From: Eledone cirrhosa
Taxonomy: Eukaryota
Assembly (NCBI GenBank): GCA_964016885.1
Contig: OZ024744.1
Location: 38,316,001-38,380,000, forward strand
Reading direction: 5' to 3'
Length of the DNA: 64,000 bases
Position 1 is the first letter of the stretch; each line of letters starts with the position of its first letter. The notes beneath the pieces are model-generated. The model saw nothing but the letters and a program-made list of their open reading frames with translations, did not search any database and was not told the origin of the DNA. The position numbers and the translations under genes were made by a program. Shown here piece by piece: positions 29,300-42,402 of the stretch.

Positions 29300-31265
29300 A
29301 TGGGTTTGAATCTCTAAGTGCTGAGTTGCAAGCCCACCGGCTATTCCGGGTTCAGTTTTGCTCCCGTCAACCTTTCGTATTTATTTAAGAAGGTGCCGAC
29401 GACCACCTCGATTTCCGAGGTGTCCACCGCTATCATGGTAATGTCGTGCGTATATGGCGACACAGCACTCCCAGGTTACAGTTTGAGCAGGATGTCCTGC
29501 AACAGTTCCAACTTCCGTAGTAATGGGTCGAGAGTCAATGCGTACAGAAGGGAGGAGAGAGGGCACTGTTGATGGTACACTCTCATGATCTTAAACGGTC
29601 CTAAAAGGTGGTCATTTACTTTGACCACCGAACAGATGCTGCTTTGCATTGCAGCGACCCAGCCTCAGAAGATGTGACCGAAGCCAGCGGCCTTGAAGAC
29701 AGCCTCCAGATATCGATGGTCGAACCTATAGAAAACTTTCGATTGATCTAAATTGACCATAGCCCCTCCGAAGCAGGTTTACACCCAACCTTTCTTGGAT
29801 GTATCGCATGAAAAGGACTTTGTTGTGTATAGACCTGGTTGGATTGCGCAAGTTTGCGCCTCCCCTAGCAGACCCTCGATGATAATCACCACCATCATCT
29901 TGGCCAAAATCTTAAACTCTGTGTCTCGTCTGTCCTTGAAATGGGAATACACCGTTCTGCTGCCAGTTGCAATAGAGCGCTTTGAGGATATCAGTGAACA
30001 AACTAGCATTTCTTCGTAAATCTCGTAGGGCAGACCATCCGAACTGGGAGGCTTGTGCCTCGTGCAACTGACCACGACATCCCGAATTTCGGCTGTCATT
30101 ATTAGCATTTCGCAGTACTCAGCATCGGCCGTCGAAAGAGGGGGTAAGCCGTCAAGGTAGGGATTGAAACCCGCCACTGTCTCTATCCCCCGCCCTTTCC
30201 AAACAGTAGAGCAAAGTGCTGGTGAAAGGCCTCACACATCAGCCTGGAATTGTTCAGCGAGCCTTTTTCTCGCTCCGTCAAAAACCGAATCGTGGTTTTA
30301 TTACCACGCTGCGCCTCCGCCATGCGGGCCCATCGAGCAGCTTTGGTTTCCTCGTTTCTTAGAACACGTACCTTAGCCCTGGCAATGCAACCTTCGTGTT
30401 TTGCATTGAAGAAATGGTGTAATGTCATTCTCGCCGCTAACACGTCATTTGCAGTGCCACTACAAATAGCCTCGTCTAACTTAGCTACCACCTCCCCTTC
30501 CTTTCTATTTTTTCTAGCACTTCTTCTTTACTAACGCCTATCGAAGTTACTCTAATCTCTGTTTTGAGCCCCCCCCCCCCCCCCTCCTTCACTTTACTCT
30601 TAACTAAAGTGGTGACCCGATCCCTGTAAGTTTTACGTGTCGAGAACGACATCTTCAGCTTCCATTAACAAGGTCCTAACCCATATGTCCTATCCATGCA
30701 GATCACAAACTTGAAAAAGTGGACAACCTATGCTATTCTTGACTTGACAAAAAAAAAAAAAAACCTATATACGATCTAGATGATCCTATGTTGTTGGTCC
30801 AGGTCACACAGGCGCATTAGGGAAATGTAGTCAGTACCGGTAAGACAGTTGGAACTGTCTAATTAAGTATTTGAGGCGTTTGTAACACCCCACCCCGCAC
30901 TTCTATAATCTACTCCTACACAATCCCAGCGTGCGTCTAAGACGGCGTTCCAGTACTCCGCTAACAGTAAAGGGCAAGACGTGCTCTGAATGGCTTCTAG
31001 GCGCTTAAAATATCCGGCTGTCCTGTCTCGGTCGGAGCATAGATGGCCACCAGTCTAAAGGTACCACCTTTGCTATTGCTCACGTCCTGGACCACCAACT
31101 TCCCGTCCGGGCCCAGGAAGATCGACCTTACCTCTACATCCAGGCCTTTCCTAAACAACACTGTCAATCCACCTCCCATTCCCGTCCGACTAAGACATGC
31201 GAAGATCTGACAGTCGTCGAAAATGGGAGCTAGTGTGCGTGTGTCGGAAATCCTGGTCTCGCTGA
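29300..31265 (-). pseudogene. Degenerate copy of the Tx1/L1 family that is intact at 53069-59098 (APE + RT fragments)
   Basis: ISETRIS..GGGLTVLFRKGLD..IFLGPDGKLVV..FRLVAIYAPT and KHEGCIARAKVR..RGNKTTIR match the 55417 ORF, with many stops. Confidence 0.9.
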
Positions 31266-31560
31266 TAATAATAATGGTTTCTACTTTTGACACAAGGCCA
31301 GCAATTACCCAGTGCATTACTGGTACTTTATTTCATCGACCCCGTAAGGATGAAGAGCAAAGTTAACCTTTCGCTGATAATAATAATAATGGTTTCTGAT
31401 TTAGGCACAAGGCCAACAATTTTCGAGTATGTGTGTGTGGGGGGGGGGGGGGGAGAGCAAGTCGATTAAATCGACCCCAGTGCTTACTGGGACTTTTTTT
31501 TTTATCCGTAAAGATGAAAGACAAAGCTGGTCTTAGTGGTATTTGAAAGTAAATCCCCGT
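31266..31560 (-). mobile_element. Two tandem Nin/Deu-like SINE fragments
   Basis: Two gtttct..ggcacaaggcca tails, each after (AAT)n. Confidence 0.7.
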
Positions 31561-31832
31561 AACTAAATAACAGAAGGCATTTTTGCCTTTTGCAAAATAA
31601 AACATCTTCAAATTCACATATAGATCGCATCGCTTCCCTCTTCTTTCACAGTTCTTTCTGTGATGATCCTCTATGTGGTCAAGCTCCTTGCTACATATAG
31701 CCGAAAAAAATCTTTTTTCAAACCAAACTCAACTACCTTTAAAAAGAAAGGACATTCCTGGAAAAAATAATATCGTATAAAGGCGCCTTTGATCATGGGA
31801 CTACTTGATCAAGCCTGACATGAAACTAAACC

Positions 31833-32005
31833 CAGACCTGTCAACTCTCTTCGTTGGACGGGGAGGTCTCCCATCCACTTTGGGGTGGGTGTGAGATGTC
31901 TTCCCTTGTGAAAATGGGTATAGCTTTCATTATGTAAAATCTCTATTTTGCCTCACTTTTCTTCGTGGTACTCCCCGTTTGGGTTTTTAGAGGTTGGCAG
32001 GTCTG
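31833..32005. mobile_element. MITE, same family as 5613-5813 (inverted)
   Basis: TIRs cagacctgtcaactct / agaggttggcaggtctg. Confidence 0.7.
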
Positions 32006-32580
32006 TTAAACAGCAAGTGATACGAGAAACGACTGTAAGTGAAGTTTATAGTCCACTCAATCATGCTTCTCCAATAGAATCCGATTGAAAAATATTTTAC
32101 TCTAATCATCTTTGTCAAAAGAATATGGTGGAAGCAGTCTCTAAGATGGGTTCAGACTTCAGTCGGATCCGTGCTACACGCTATAATTCAGATTTAAGTC
32201 TCTACCTCGGTCACGACTGAGCAGGAGTTTGAACTTGTAAAATTCTTCTCCAATAGATGAGCCGCGATCAAAGTAATCGGATATCTTCACAGCATAAATT
32301 GTTCACTTTGTCTAAATTATAAATTATTTATTTACTTATTTATTTATATATTTATTTGTTTATTTATTTATTTTCCGGAAAATCTATTTCAATTAACTGA
32401 TCCACTTTCCTCGCGTTCCTTCTTAAAGGGAGGCAACTCATATCGAAAAAAAAAGCATTGCCATACAAAACGGCGCATTGCCATACTAACGCTGCATTGC
32501 CATACTAACACTGTTGTATACACACAAGCAGATGTGTACATGGACGCGTGCGCGAACCGCCCCTTGTGTATACATACATA

Positions 32581-33130
32581 CTAGTTGATGTACCCAGCTT
32601 CGCCCGGGTAAACAGATGATAAGGGATAAACATGATAAGGGAAGACAGGTCAAAGAGAAAATTTCTGTATTGGATGTTTGTCTGGTTTACAGTGTGAGGC
32701 GAGACCATGGTGTGTGTGACAAAAAGATGAACAGTAAAAAATCTTCCAGATACACCAGATTCTTCGTTTTACCATTCGTGCATAGTATATGAAGATTTCT
32801 ATGTTCCCACTCGTGAACAACCTACATGTAACGGTCCATGGCTAAAAGCCGATTCTCTTGTATTCAATTCTACAACTGTGCAACTCTGAGCCTGAGCTTT
32901 GTTTATGGTCATAACATAACTGGCTCTAACAGGGAACTGAAGTCTTGAGAATTTGAACAGCAGCTCAGTAGAGAAAGGGATGAGAGGAATCTTGATAATA
33001 AATGTATTTTCTCCTTGATGATTACCTCCAAGAATAGTGACCTCTAGGAGATAGTTCACCATATTCCTGGGTGTAGACTGTGTGCCATTGCATAGAAGTA
33101 GCAGGGTTCACGTTTCTCAAAAGGATGATG
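32581..33130 (-). mobile_element. Helitron 3' fragment with Pif1-type helicase C-terminal remnant
   Basis: FSRLQFPVRASYVMTINKAQAQS..FSHGPLHVGCSRV matches the Helitron helicase motifs RRQFP..MTINKSQGQ and FSHGQLYVA.SRV. 3' hairpin cccgggcgaagctggg followed by CTAG|T. Confidence 0.85.
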
Positions 33131-33646
33131 GAAGTTACAATAATTTATATTATATGTAGATATAGATATAGATATATAAGATAATTGTATATATGTGTGT
33201 GAGTGTGTGTGTGTGAGCGCGCGAGTGTGTGTGCGTATGCGAGTGCGTGTGTATGTGTGTGTGTGTAAACCAGCGTCTGAAGCGTGGATATAATTCTCTG
33301 TGAATCTGGTTAAGTATTTACGTGAAGATGTGTGTGCATGTAACTTACTAAGGCGTAACGTACGTAACGAAAGCGCAAACACACAAATACTTTCAGGCAT
33401 ATACATACTCATATACAAAATTATAAAATATACGTTTACTTTTAGTTGTCCATAGTAGATTATATTAGATAAAATGTTATATTATTTTAATCCAAATGAA
33501 AATAAAAAATATATGTTGACACTTCCCGGGGTCTAATACTATTACCTAGGAAAATTTGATTTGATTTGGTAGAGCCGTTTCGGATAGCATAAGGAAGAGA
33601 CATGTAGAGAGACAAAGTATTTTATATAGAGAGAAATAAATATATA

Positions 33647-33736
33647 CAGTGGAATCTCCGTTCACGAACTTAATTCGTTTGTAAAGCTCGTTCGTCACCT
33701 GAAATGTTCGTAAAAGGACATTGAAATACATTGAGG

Positions 33737-33782
<46 letters not shown>

Positions 33783-33946
33783 AGAAAAAGAGACTGTAAC
33801 TAACTACACAGTAAGTGACTGTTTCCCGCCGATACTTCCAGCCTGTTGCCAACTACTATTGCCGGCTTGCGTATTCGTTACTCGAGACAGCGGTCGTGAA
33901 CCGGTTTGTTCGTGATGAGAGGTGTTCATGAACCGAAGTTCCACTG
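33647..33946. mobile_element. Tc1/mariner (Tigger/pogo-like) MITE
   Basis: TA|CAGTGGAATCTCCGTTCACGAAC ... GTTCATGAACCGAAGTTCCACTG|TA. Confidence 0.8.
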
Positions 33947-34129
33947 TATGCTGATACCCCGTTCCTATTTATTACTATTTCACTCTGCTTATGAAAGAAA
34001 TAGGCGAGGTCATCAAAGGCAAAAGAGAGCAGTTGGAGAGATGGATGGAACATTACTCTGAACTCTATGGCAAGAGAGACAGCATCTTGGACAACGCGCT
34101 ACACACAGTGAAACACCACTGACTACAGG

Positions 34130-35040
34130 AACAGTGCTGAGAGCAAAGGGAGCAAATGCAGAACCTCATGAACAAACACTCGAGATCCTGCCAAAAATTC
34201 AGCCTGACCATTAGTCTGAAGAAAACCAACATATTGAGCCAAAGTGTCAAGCACCCTCTCCCCCATCATCATCAATCTAGGAGCTGGAGATGGTCCACGA
34301 ATTCATCTACCTCAGTTCTACCATCACTGACAACCTCTCCCTAGACTCCGAGATCAGCACCAGAGTTGGACGAGCAACCTCCACATTTGCCAGGCTGACG
34401 AAGAGAGTCTGGGAGAACAGAAAACTAATCACAATCACCAAGATTTCTGCCTACAAGGCGTGTGTCCTCAGTTCACTACTTTAAAGCACTGAAACAAGGA
34501 GCCTCTGCTCCGGACAGGAGTGGCGTATCAATGTCTTCCACTGATGTCCTCAATCGCGCCAAGATACCCAGCATATACACCCTGCTCAAACAGCATCAAA
34601 CAGCATCGTCTGCGCTGCCTCGGTCACGTACATCGTGTGCAAATCAGAGGATACCAAAAGACGTACTGTATGGAGAACTGGCCACTGGCCTAAGAGCACA
34701 AGGACAACTTCATCTCCGTTTCAAACACATCTGCAGAGATGAGAGGAGGTCTCTGATGATTGCCAATGATGGAGACGAGTACTGCTCAATGGGATGGAGC
34801 GAGGGGAAGAGAAACTGAAAATTGCCTCCGAGAGAAAGCGTTCCCAAATAAAGAACTACACAGTTTCACCGGAGGAGAGCAACTTCACATGCAGTCGCTG
34901 TACTGTATAAAGGACTACCACTCTCGTAAAGAGTGGTAGTCCGTTATACAGCCACAGCAGACACTACACCTCCATCATCAGCTGACACAAAATTCTTCAA
35001 GCGAAGATCCGTGGTCTTTCGAGACCGACGGATGTCAATA
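34130..35040 (+). pseudogene. RTE (BovB-like) LINE 3' fragment
   Basis: FSLTISLKKT, VHEFIYLSSTITDNLSLDSEISTRVGRA, RIPKDVLYGELATG. Tail gtggtctttcgagaccgacggatg followed by (AAT)n. Confidence 0.85.
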
Positions 35041-35420
35041 ATAATAATTGTTTCTACTTTTGGCACAAGGTCAGCAATTATTCTAGTGTATTACTGGTAC
35101 TTTATTTTATCCACACCATAAGGATGAAAGGCAAAGTTAACTTCGGCGAGATTTGAACTCAGACCATAAAGGGCCGTAACTCTTTGCTTCAAAGCATGGC
35201 GTCAGACCCTCTACCGATACTGCCAATCCACCGCCTTCAATAATAATAATTGTTTCTATTTTAGGCACAAGGCCAGCAATTACCCAGTACGTTACTGTTA
35301 CTTTATTTTATCGACCTCATAAGGCAAAGCCAACCACGGAGGGAGATGAACTCAGAACATAAAGAACCATAACTATCTGCCGCAAATCACGTTGTCCGAC
35401 ATTCTACTGCTAATCCACCG
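35041..35420 (-). mobile_element. Tandem pair of Nin/Deu-like SINEs
   Basis: Two copies with head ggcggtggattggcagtatcggtag on the reverse complement. Confidence 0.8.
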
Positions 35421-36005
35421 TCCTTAAAAACAGTAATATATGTGTTTGTGTGTGTGAATATATATATATATATATATTATTAGAAATGTAAGCTATCGCC
35501 GTATTTTGACTAAAGAAATTAAAGAAATTATTTAGCCTTAAGAACCCGCGGAGAAATGGAAAAAGATGAGTATTGACGTATATATATATATATATATATA
35601 TATATAACGAAGGAAATTTGGTAAGGAACCAGGTGAACCATAACGCACCAAAGTACTCAATACTTAGGGTAGTAGAGTGGGTAATAGGAACAGCCGTCGG
35701 GGTCTTACTTGTTCCTATATATATATATATAGGAACCAGTAAGACCCCGACAGCTGAGCTCAAGCCGTTTCGAATATATATATTTGGCGAGAATCGTATT
35801 TCGGCGGGTAGAAATTAGCGAAACGCAACTTCTGTATTGTGCAGACAAGCGCTCCATGGATATGAAGATACCAGAGCTATAAACATAAGTTAAAAAGGTC
35901 ATACAAACTGAGACGATGCTTAAGAAGCCATTAACCACTAGAGCCAAAAAGGCGAACAAGCTAAACGGGTCAAACAAAATGAGATATGATTGAAATAGTT
36001 ACCCT

Positions 36006-36104
<99 letters not shown>

Positions 36105-36162
36105 GTAATTATATTGTATTGTTTATTATATATATATTCACATAATCATAATATATGTTTTT

Positions 36163-36219
36163 ATTATATATATTTCGAAGGTACTGTGCTGTTTTTACAG
36201 TACGTCCTCGTCAGATAAA
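36163..36219 (-). ncRNA. Hammerhead ribozyme motif (orphan PLE pLTR between TA tracts)
   Basis: Reverse complement: UUAU-CUGACGA-GGAC-GUACUGU..ACAGUAC-CUUC-GAAA-UAUAU-AUAA. Confidence 0.6.
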
Positions 36220-36271
36220 ATACATGAATTGATGTATGATATACCTCAACGGTCTTGATGGTTCAATCCCA

Positions 36272-36342
<71 letters not shown>

Positions 36343-36343
<1 letters not shown>

Positions 36344-37310
36344 TAGCAGAGGTACCCGTCGTTGCTCGGGTATTAAATAGCAGTTGTGTATATCATTTAT
36401 GTCAATACTTCAGTGTTGCTTCGAAAACTATACTTTTACAAAATCATCGGCTTCTTCCAAAAGGAGGTTCCTGCCCCCTCGGGTCCCCAACTCAATATGT
36501 GCCAATTCTGAGAGTTCACATTCATCTGTAGGACAAACGTAGCCCATGTGTCAAGTTTTGGGAAAATCGGTTGCGAACTCCAGAAGTTATGACGTTTTGT
36601 TGCATTGCACTGCAGTGCTTCAGTCGACTCCAAGGAAGCGGTTAAAGTGGTTAAAGGGGTTATCTGCCGGGGGGCCCTATAATCAATATCTGGAAAAATG
36701 ACAGTGCCCATGACCATCCGGAGTACATCAGTAACCTGTGTCTTAAGTTTGGTGAAAATACTGTAGAAATGCATAAGGTTTATACATACGCGCGTGCGTT
36801 CGTGTGTGTGCGTGTGCGTGTTTGTGTGTTTGTGTGTGTCTGTGTGTGGGTGTGTATGCATTTGTGTGTGCGTATGTATATGTATGTCCGTCGGGGCATA
36901 CGTATGTACTGGCCTAAATCTTCACTATTTACTTTTACTATTTTAATAACCTCTGTCATTTTCGTTTTCAATTTTATTTACATCATTCTTAAACTCCGGG
37001 GCTGGAAATCATTCTGTTATTTTAAATAGAATATTAGTCTAACGACTCCATTTATACCATAAAATTGGTCTTGTCACTTGCATGAAATTGTTCTTCTCGG
37101 TCCACATAACGACGTATTATCCTCGCTTTTTTTTCGTTCATTGCCAGGGAACGTCTTCACGAACCAAAATATTGTCTTCCTGCTTTCCTTCGGTTGCAAC
37201 GTTTCTCGAAATATTTACTTCTGCGTTCACAGATTAAATTTTTTATTTTCAGAAGATCCCGTTAATGTTGAAAGCAGCGATTCTTTGCTTAAACTTTAAT
37301 CTGTTCTTAT
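36343..37310 (-). mobile_element. Non-autonomous Helitron copy 1
   Basis: 3' end (reverse complement) acccgagcaacgacgggt..CTAG|T. About 890 bp highly similar to 42403-43290. Confidence 0.85.
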
Positions 37311-37338
37311 AACATATATATATATATATATATAAAGA

Positions 37339-37424
<86 letters not shown>

Positions 37425-37724
37425 GAGATAGAGATGCTTTGTACGGCTTTTGGAGGAAGGAGTGACCAGCAGTACGTTGTTCGGTATTATTACGAAAAGG
37501 TGTACCAGACAATCCCGCGTGAGCTAACAGCTCGAGAGGAAACTGCTTATCTCGAAGATTCATTTGCAATCGTTCTTGTCAACGCTCCGTTTACTTGGTA
37601 TTTGTTGGTCTACAGTTAGATGAATGGTGCACAAAGGGTTAATGTTTATTTACAATAAGTTTTTTGAATAATAAAAGACGTGTTAAAGCGACCTACAATG
37701 TATCTGTGTGTGTATATATATATT

Positions 37725-37846
<122 letters not shown>

Positions 37847-37986
37847 CATATATATATGTGTGTGTTTGTATGTATGTATATATATATATATAAATATATA
37901 TGTGTGTGTGTGTATATATACATATATTTTTATGTATATTTATATATGTGTATATGTGTATATCTATATATGTGTATATATGTTTG

Positions 37987-38039
<53 letters not shown>

Positions 38040-38080
38040 GATATTAATAAATGGAAACTATATTTATAAAACCATATTTA

Positions 38081-38141
38081 TTTCATTATACATATTTCAG
38101 GGATACCAAATTAAATTATGGTATGCCTTCATCAGACAAAA
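38081..38141 (-). ncRNA. Hammerhead motif in 3' pLTR
   Basis: Reverse complement is identical to 42144-42204. Confidence 0.7.
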
Positions 38142-41100
38142 TACAATATATAACAGTTTTACAAATAAGCTTTGACGTACCCTATTAAAATGCAACCATT
38201 ATTTTTTGAAGCCATCCGGATAGTGAGTTGTTTATATTATTTTAATAAGTCATAGTGTTAAGGACAATTAGAAAAAGACGGAGAGAAAGAAAAAGACGGA
38301 GATAGAGAAAGAAAAAACGTGGAGAAGTATCGGAGAGAGAGAGATGCATGGAGAAAAAAGAAAAAAGAAAAAAGAAAAAAGAAAAAAGAAAAAAGAAAAA
38401 AGAAAAAAGAAAAAAGAAAAAAGAAAAAAGAAAAAAGAAAAAAGAAAAAAGAAAGAGATAAATAAAGACAGGAGGAAAGAAAGAAAAAAGGAAGAAATAA
38501 GAAATACGAAAAACAGAGGAAAGCAACAGAGAGATATTAAGTTATCAGACAGATAGAAAAACTTAAGAGAGAAAAATATTATATAGAGAGAGGGGGAGAA
38601 AATGAAAACTTTACGTCGTGTCATATTAAGTTGAGTTAACAATTCATATGAAATTAATAATAAAAATATAAATATTAATATTCATGAATGGGACATAAAT
38701 ATATAATATGAGAAATCAAACATTGTTCAATAATGACTACATGTTTAGTTTAAAACTTGAGATCAATATACCAAAATTTGGGTTTAATCAACCAAAATGC
38801 TAGAGAAATCAGTATCTTAGACAAAAACACACAAATATATATATATATATATACGCACGTCCTGAAAATATATTTACTCAAGTCAACAATATAGACATAC
38901 AAATCGCAGACGATTTCTCTTAATCACTGCTATACATTCCTTGTGTTATAAAAAAGTTCACAGTATATATACGTAAATATATACGATTAACATTCATGTC
39001 TTTATATATACGATTACCATTCATGCATTTAACATTCTGTTAAAATTATGCATATCTGCAATCAAAACTGCGTGGTTAGGCAACATATCTCTTACCCACA
39101 CACATAGATATACATATATATACACACATATATGTATAAATAAATATTTGCGTGCGTCTTCCCGCATCGCTCATGTGTACACACAGACATATATACAATC
39201 ATAAAAAACCTATAACACTTTTATATGCATGTTAATACACATACACATTTGTATAGAGATAATCAAATATCAATATATTACTAAGGATTATACTTTGGAA
39301 ATATAATTATAACAATATAAATTTAAAATACCAAAGGATTATATTTTGGAAATACAATTATATCAGTTAGTCAAAAGGACAAACGAATTCTAGAAATATC
39401 AAAGCATTAAATATGTTTAAAACACTATAGAGTATCTTAAGTTAAAATAATATGTTTCATATATTTAGTATAGAAATTTATCCTACGTATATTTCAATCA
39501 AGATATTGAAAGGGTAGACTTATAAAAATTATGAGAAGCTATCAGAATCAAAGCAAAACTAATAAAAATAAATAAAAATAAAAATAAAAATAAAAATAAA
39601 AATAAAAATAAAAATAAAAATAAAAATAAAAATAAAAATAAAAATAAAAATAAAAATAAAAATAAAAATAAAAGTTAAATAAATATTATATCAATATAAT
39701 TTAAAAATTTAAAAATTTAAAAATTTAAAAATTTAAAAAATTTAAAATAGTTTAAACAATTTAAAAATTTAAAAATTTAAAAGATTTTAAAAACCCAAGG
39801 ATTCTACAGATATCCTTATATTTAGTATAGAAATTTATCTTACGTATATTTTATTTAAGACATTGGAAGTATAGACATTTTAGAGTAGTTTATTATATCT
39901 ATGTTTATATTTAGGAAGAAAGTTTAAAATGAAAAAGGTGAAGGAATCTAATGATTTATCGACAGGTTTCATATATTAACTAAATTACTTAATTAATTAT
40001 ACTACATTTTAAATTATATTTATATTTAAACATTGAGTTCAATCTATGTCTGGAGCAACTGAATAAATTGTTCCTTAAATTAAGGGAATTTTTGGACTTT
40101 AATATAAAGAATATTTCTTCAATACAAAGATCGTAATTTTCTGAAGAGGAATTAAAAGGAGTAGCTTATGAAATAATATTCCAAGTCATCGAATATTTAA
40201 CATTATCTCGTTTTAGGTCACATAGTAGGCTAGATAGCGAAGTTGAGGATTTTTTGTTTGGATCTATGAAAGAATTTTTATGATTATTGAAGCGAAATTT
40301 AAATTCTGTAGAGGTAGAACCAACATAGTTAAATGAATTTAAATTAGTTTTAACATTACAATTGTACACTACATTTTAGCTAAGCAGTTGTTATTTAACG
40401 GACAGTTAGATTTATTTTTACAGTTACAGTTATTCAATTGAATATTGCTTGGGTTATTATTGGTATTTTGGTTAGGTTTTAAATTTTTATTATTAATTCT
40501 ATTAATATTTTGTGCTAAATTTTTGGTGGACGAGTAAGTTAATTTTATAGTGTGTCTATTAAAAATTGAGTAATATTTATGTGTTCTAGGGAAGCGTTTG
40601 TCAAGAGCTTTAAAGAATAGTTTAGCAATAGGGGTTTTAATATTTAGTGAGAAAGGAGGAGCAAACCATAATATATTTCTAGTTCTATTTCTTTTTCGGC
40701 TTTTGGAATTATTGTAATGTTTTCTATTATAGTTGTTAAAGTTGTTACCATAATTAAAATTGTTATTATTTTGGTTAGTTTGCTTATTATTATTATTATC
40801 AATGTATTTAATTTTATTTCTATATCCAGCTCTACCTAACGCTTCGTTGTAGTACTGCGCTTTTTCATCAAATATAATTTTATTAGATGAAATTCTTGAA
40901 ATTCTTTCTTGAACAGAGTTCACTATAGTGTTTTTAACAGATCTGGGGTGATTAGAGTTAAAATTAACATAATTCAAGTTCTCATTTAGTTTGTGAAATG
41001 GATAATGAAGACATGTGTTGAGATTTAGTGTTACGTCAAGAAAATTGACTATTTTATGGTTATTCTCTATTTCTACTTTTAGATTAAGGTAATTAAAAAA

Positions 41101-41150
41101 TTGTATAATTGTTTTCTTTTTCTATTTAGTTCACAGCTATTATTTTGTAT

Positions 41151-41470
41151 ATGAGTTCAAATCCCGCCGAGGTTAACTTTGCCTTTCATCCTTATGGGGT
41201 CGATAAAATAAAGTACCAGTAATGTACAGGGTAATTGCTGGCCTTGTGCCGAAAAGTAGAAACAATTATTACAATAGGGCGGTGGATTGGCAGTATCGGT
41301 AGAGGGTCAGACGCCATGCTTTGAAGCATAGAGTTACGGCCCTTGCCATTCTGAGTTCAAATCCCGCCGAGTTTAACTTTGCCTTTCATCATTACGGGGT
41401 CGATAAAATAAAATACCAGTAATGCACTGGGTAATTGCTGGCCTTGTGCCAAACATAGAAACAATTATTT
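41151..41470 (+). mobile_element. Tandem Nin/Deu-like SINE dimer inserted in the PLE RT
   Basis: Two SINE copies flanked by the direct repeat attattttgtata (TSD), interrupting the RT just after GGLYRDD. Confidence 0.85.
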
Positions 41471-42143
41471 TGTATAAGTAAAAGCATGTCATCACGATAT
41501 AAGCCTCCGGTTACACCTGGTATTTTTCTATGTAGCGAATTCATTATAAATAGGCCCACAAGGTCCGTTACCTGAGCTGAGTCTGATGATCCCATAGTTA
41601 TGTCGAAATTATTATTTCTATCTGCCCTAGTCCAGAGTTGGTTATTAAATTCTATCAATGTTTTCCTTGCCGATACTATAATGTGCATTCCATTGCTAGT
41701 TAGGTCAGTATGTTTAAATGCGTAATTTAGTGCCTTATTCAGTAGATTAGGAGTGATAGATGAATAGTAGTTAGCAATATCCAGCTGAATAAACTTATTA
41801 TCATAGTTATATTTAATTTCTTTAAACCAATCGATAACCTCACTAGTCCCTTTCCATAATTTTAAGTAAGATAAATTAGGTCAGTTTTTAATTTGTTGTA
41901 TTACCCTGTCTAGAATATTTTTGCTAAGTTTGCCCAGGTCAGATTTAGATGGTGCAATTAATCTGACTGGTAAATCATTTTCAAAGTTTCTTTTTCTTTC
42001 TCTCCGTCTTTTTCTAATTGTCCTTAACACTATGACTTATTAAAATAATATAAACAACTCACTATCCGGATGGCTTCGAAAAATAATGGTTGCATTTTAA
42101 TAGGGTACGTCAAAGCTTATTTGTAAAACTGTTATATATTGTA

Positions 42144-42204
42144 TTTTGTCTGATGAAGGCATACCATAATTTAATTTGGTATCCCTGAAATATGTATAAT
42201 GAAA
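42144..42204 (+). ncRNA. Hammerhead motif in inverted 5' pLTR
   Basis: UUUUGU-CUGAUGA-AGGCAUACCA..UGGUAUCCCU-GAAA-UAUGUA-UA-AUGAAA. Confidence 0.7.
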
Positions 42205-42402
42205 TAAATATGGTTTTATAAATATAGTTTCCATTTATTAATCGTATATCTACTCCAAATACTTGTCGAGTGCTTTATATCAGTTATAAAAATATATATA
42301 TATATATATACAGATATCCATGTGTTGAAAACGATCGTAAAGCATTGAAGTATATTTCTAATAACTTGAATTTTTATTTCATTGTTTTTACTTATATATA
42401 TA

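Larger units (their letters stand above)
38034..42249 (-). mobile_element. Penelope-like element with inverted terminal pLTRs; RT + Cys linker + GIY-YIG, degenerate
   Basis: FIQLDIANYYSSI, FDITMGSSDSAQVTDLVG, GGLYRDD, WFAPPFS, NCNCKNKSNCPLNNNCL, YVGSTSTEFKFRFNNH. 38034-38297 is the reverse complement of 41989-42249. Confidence 0.88.

Noticed and set aside
32799-33062. Host PIF1 helicase gene
   Set aside because: Short degenerate fragment followed by a Helitron 3' hairpin and CTAG end.
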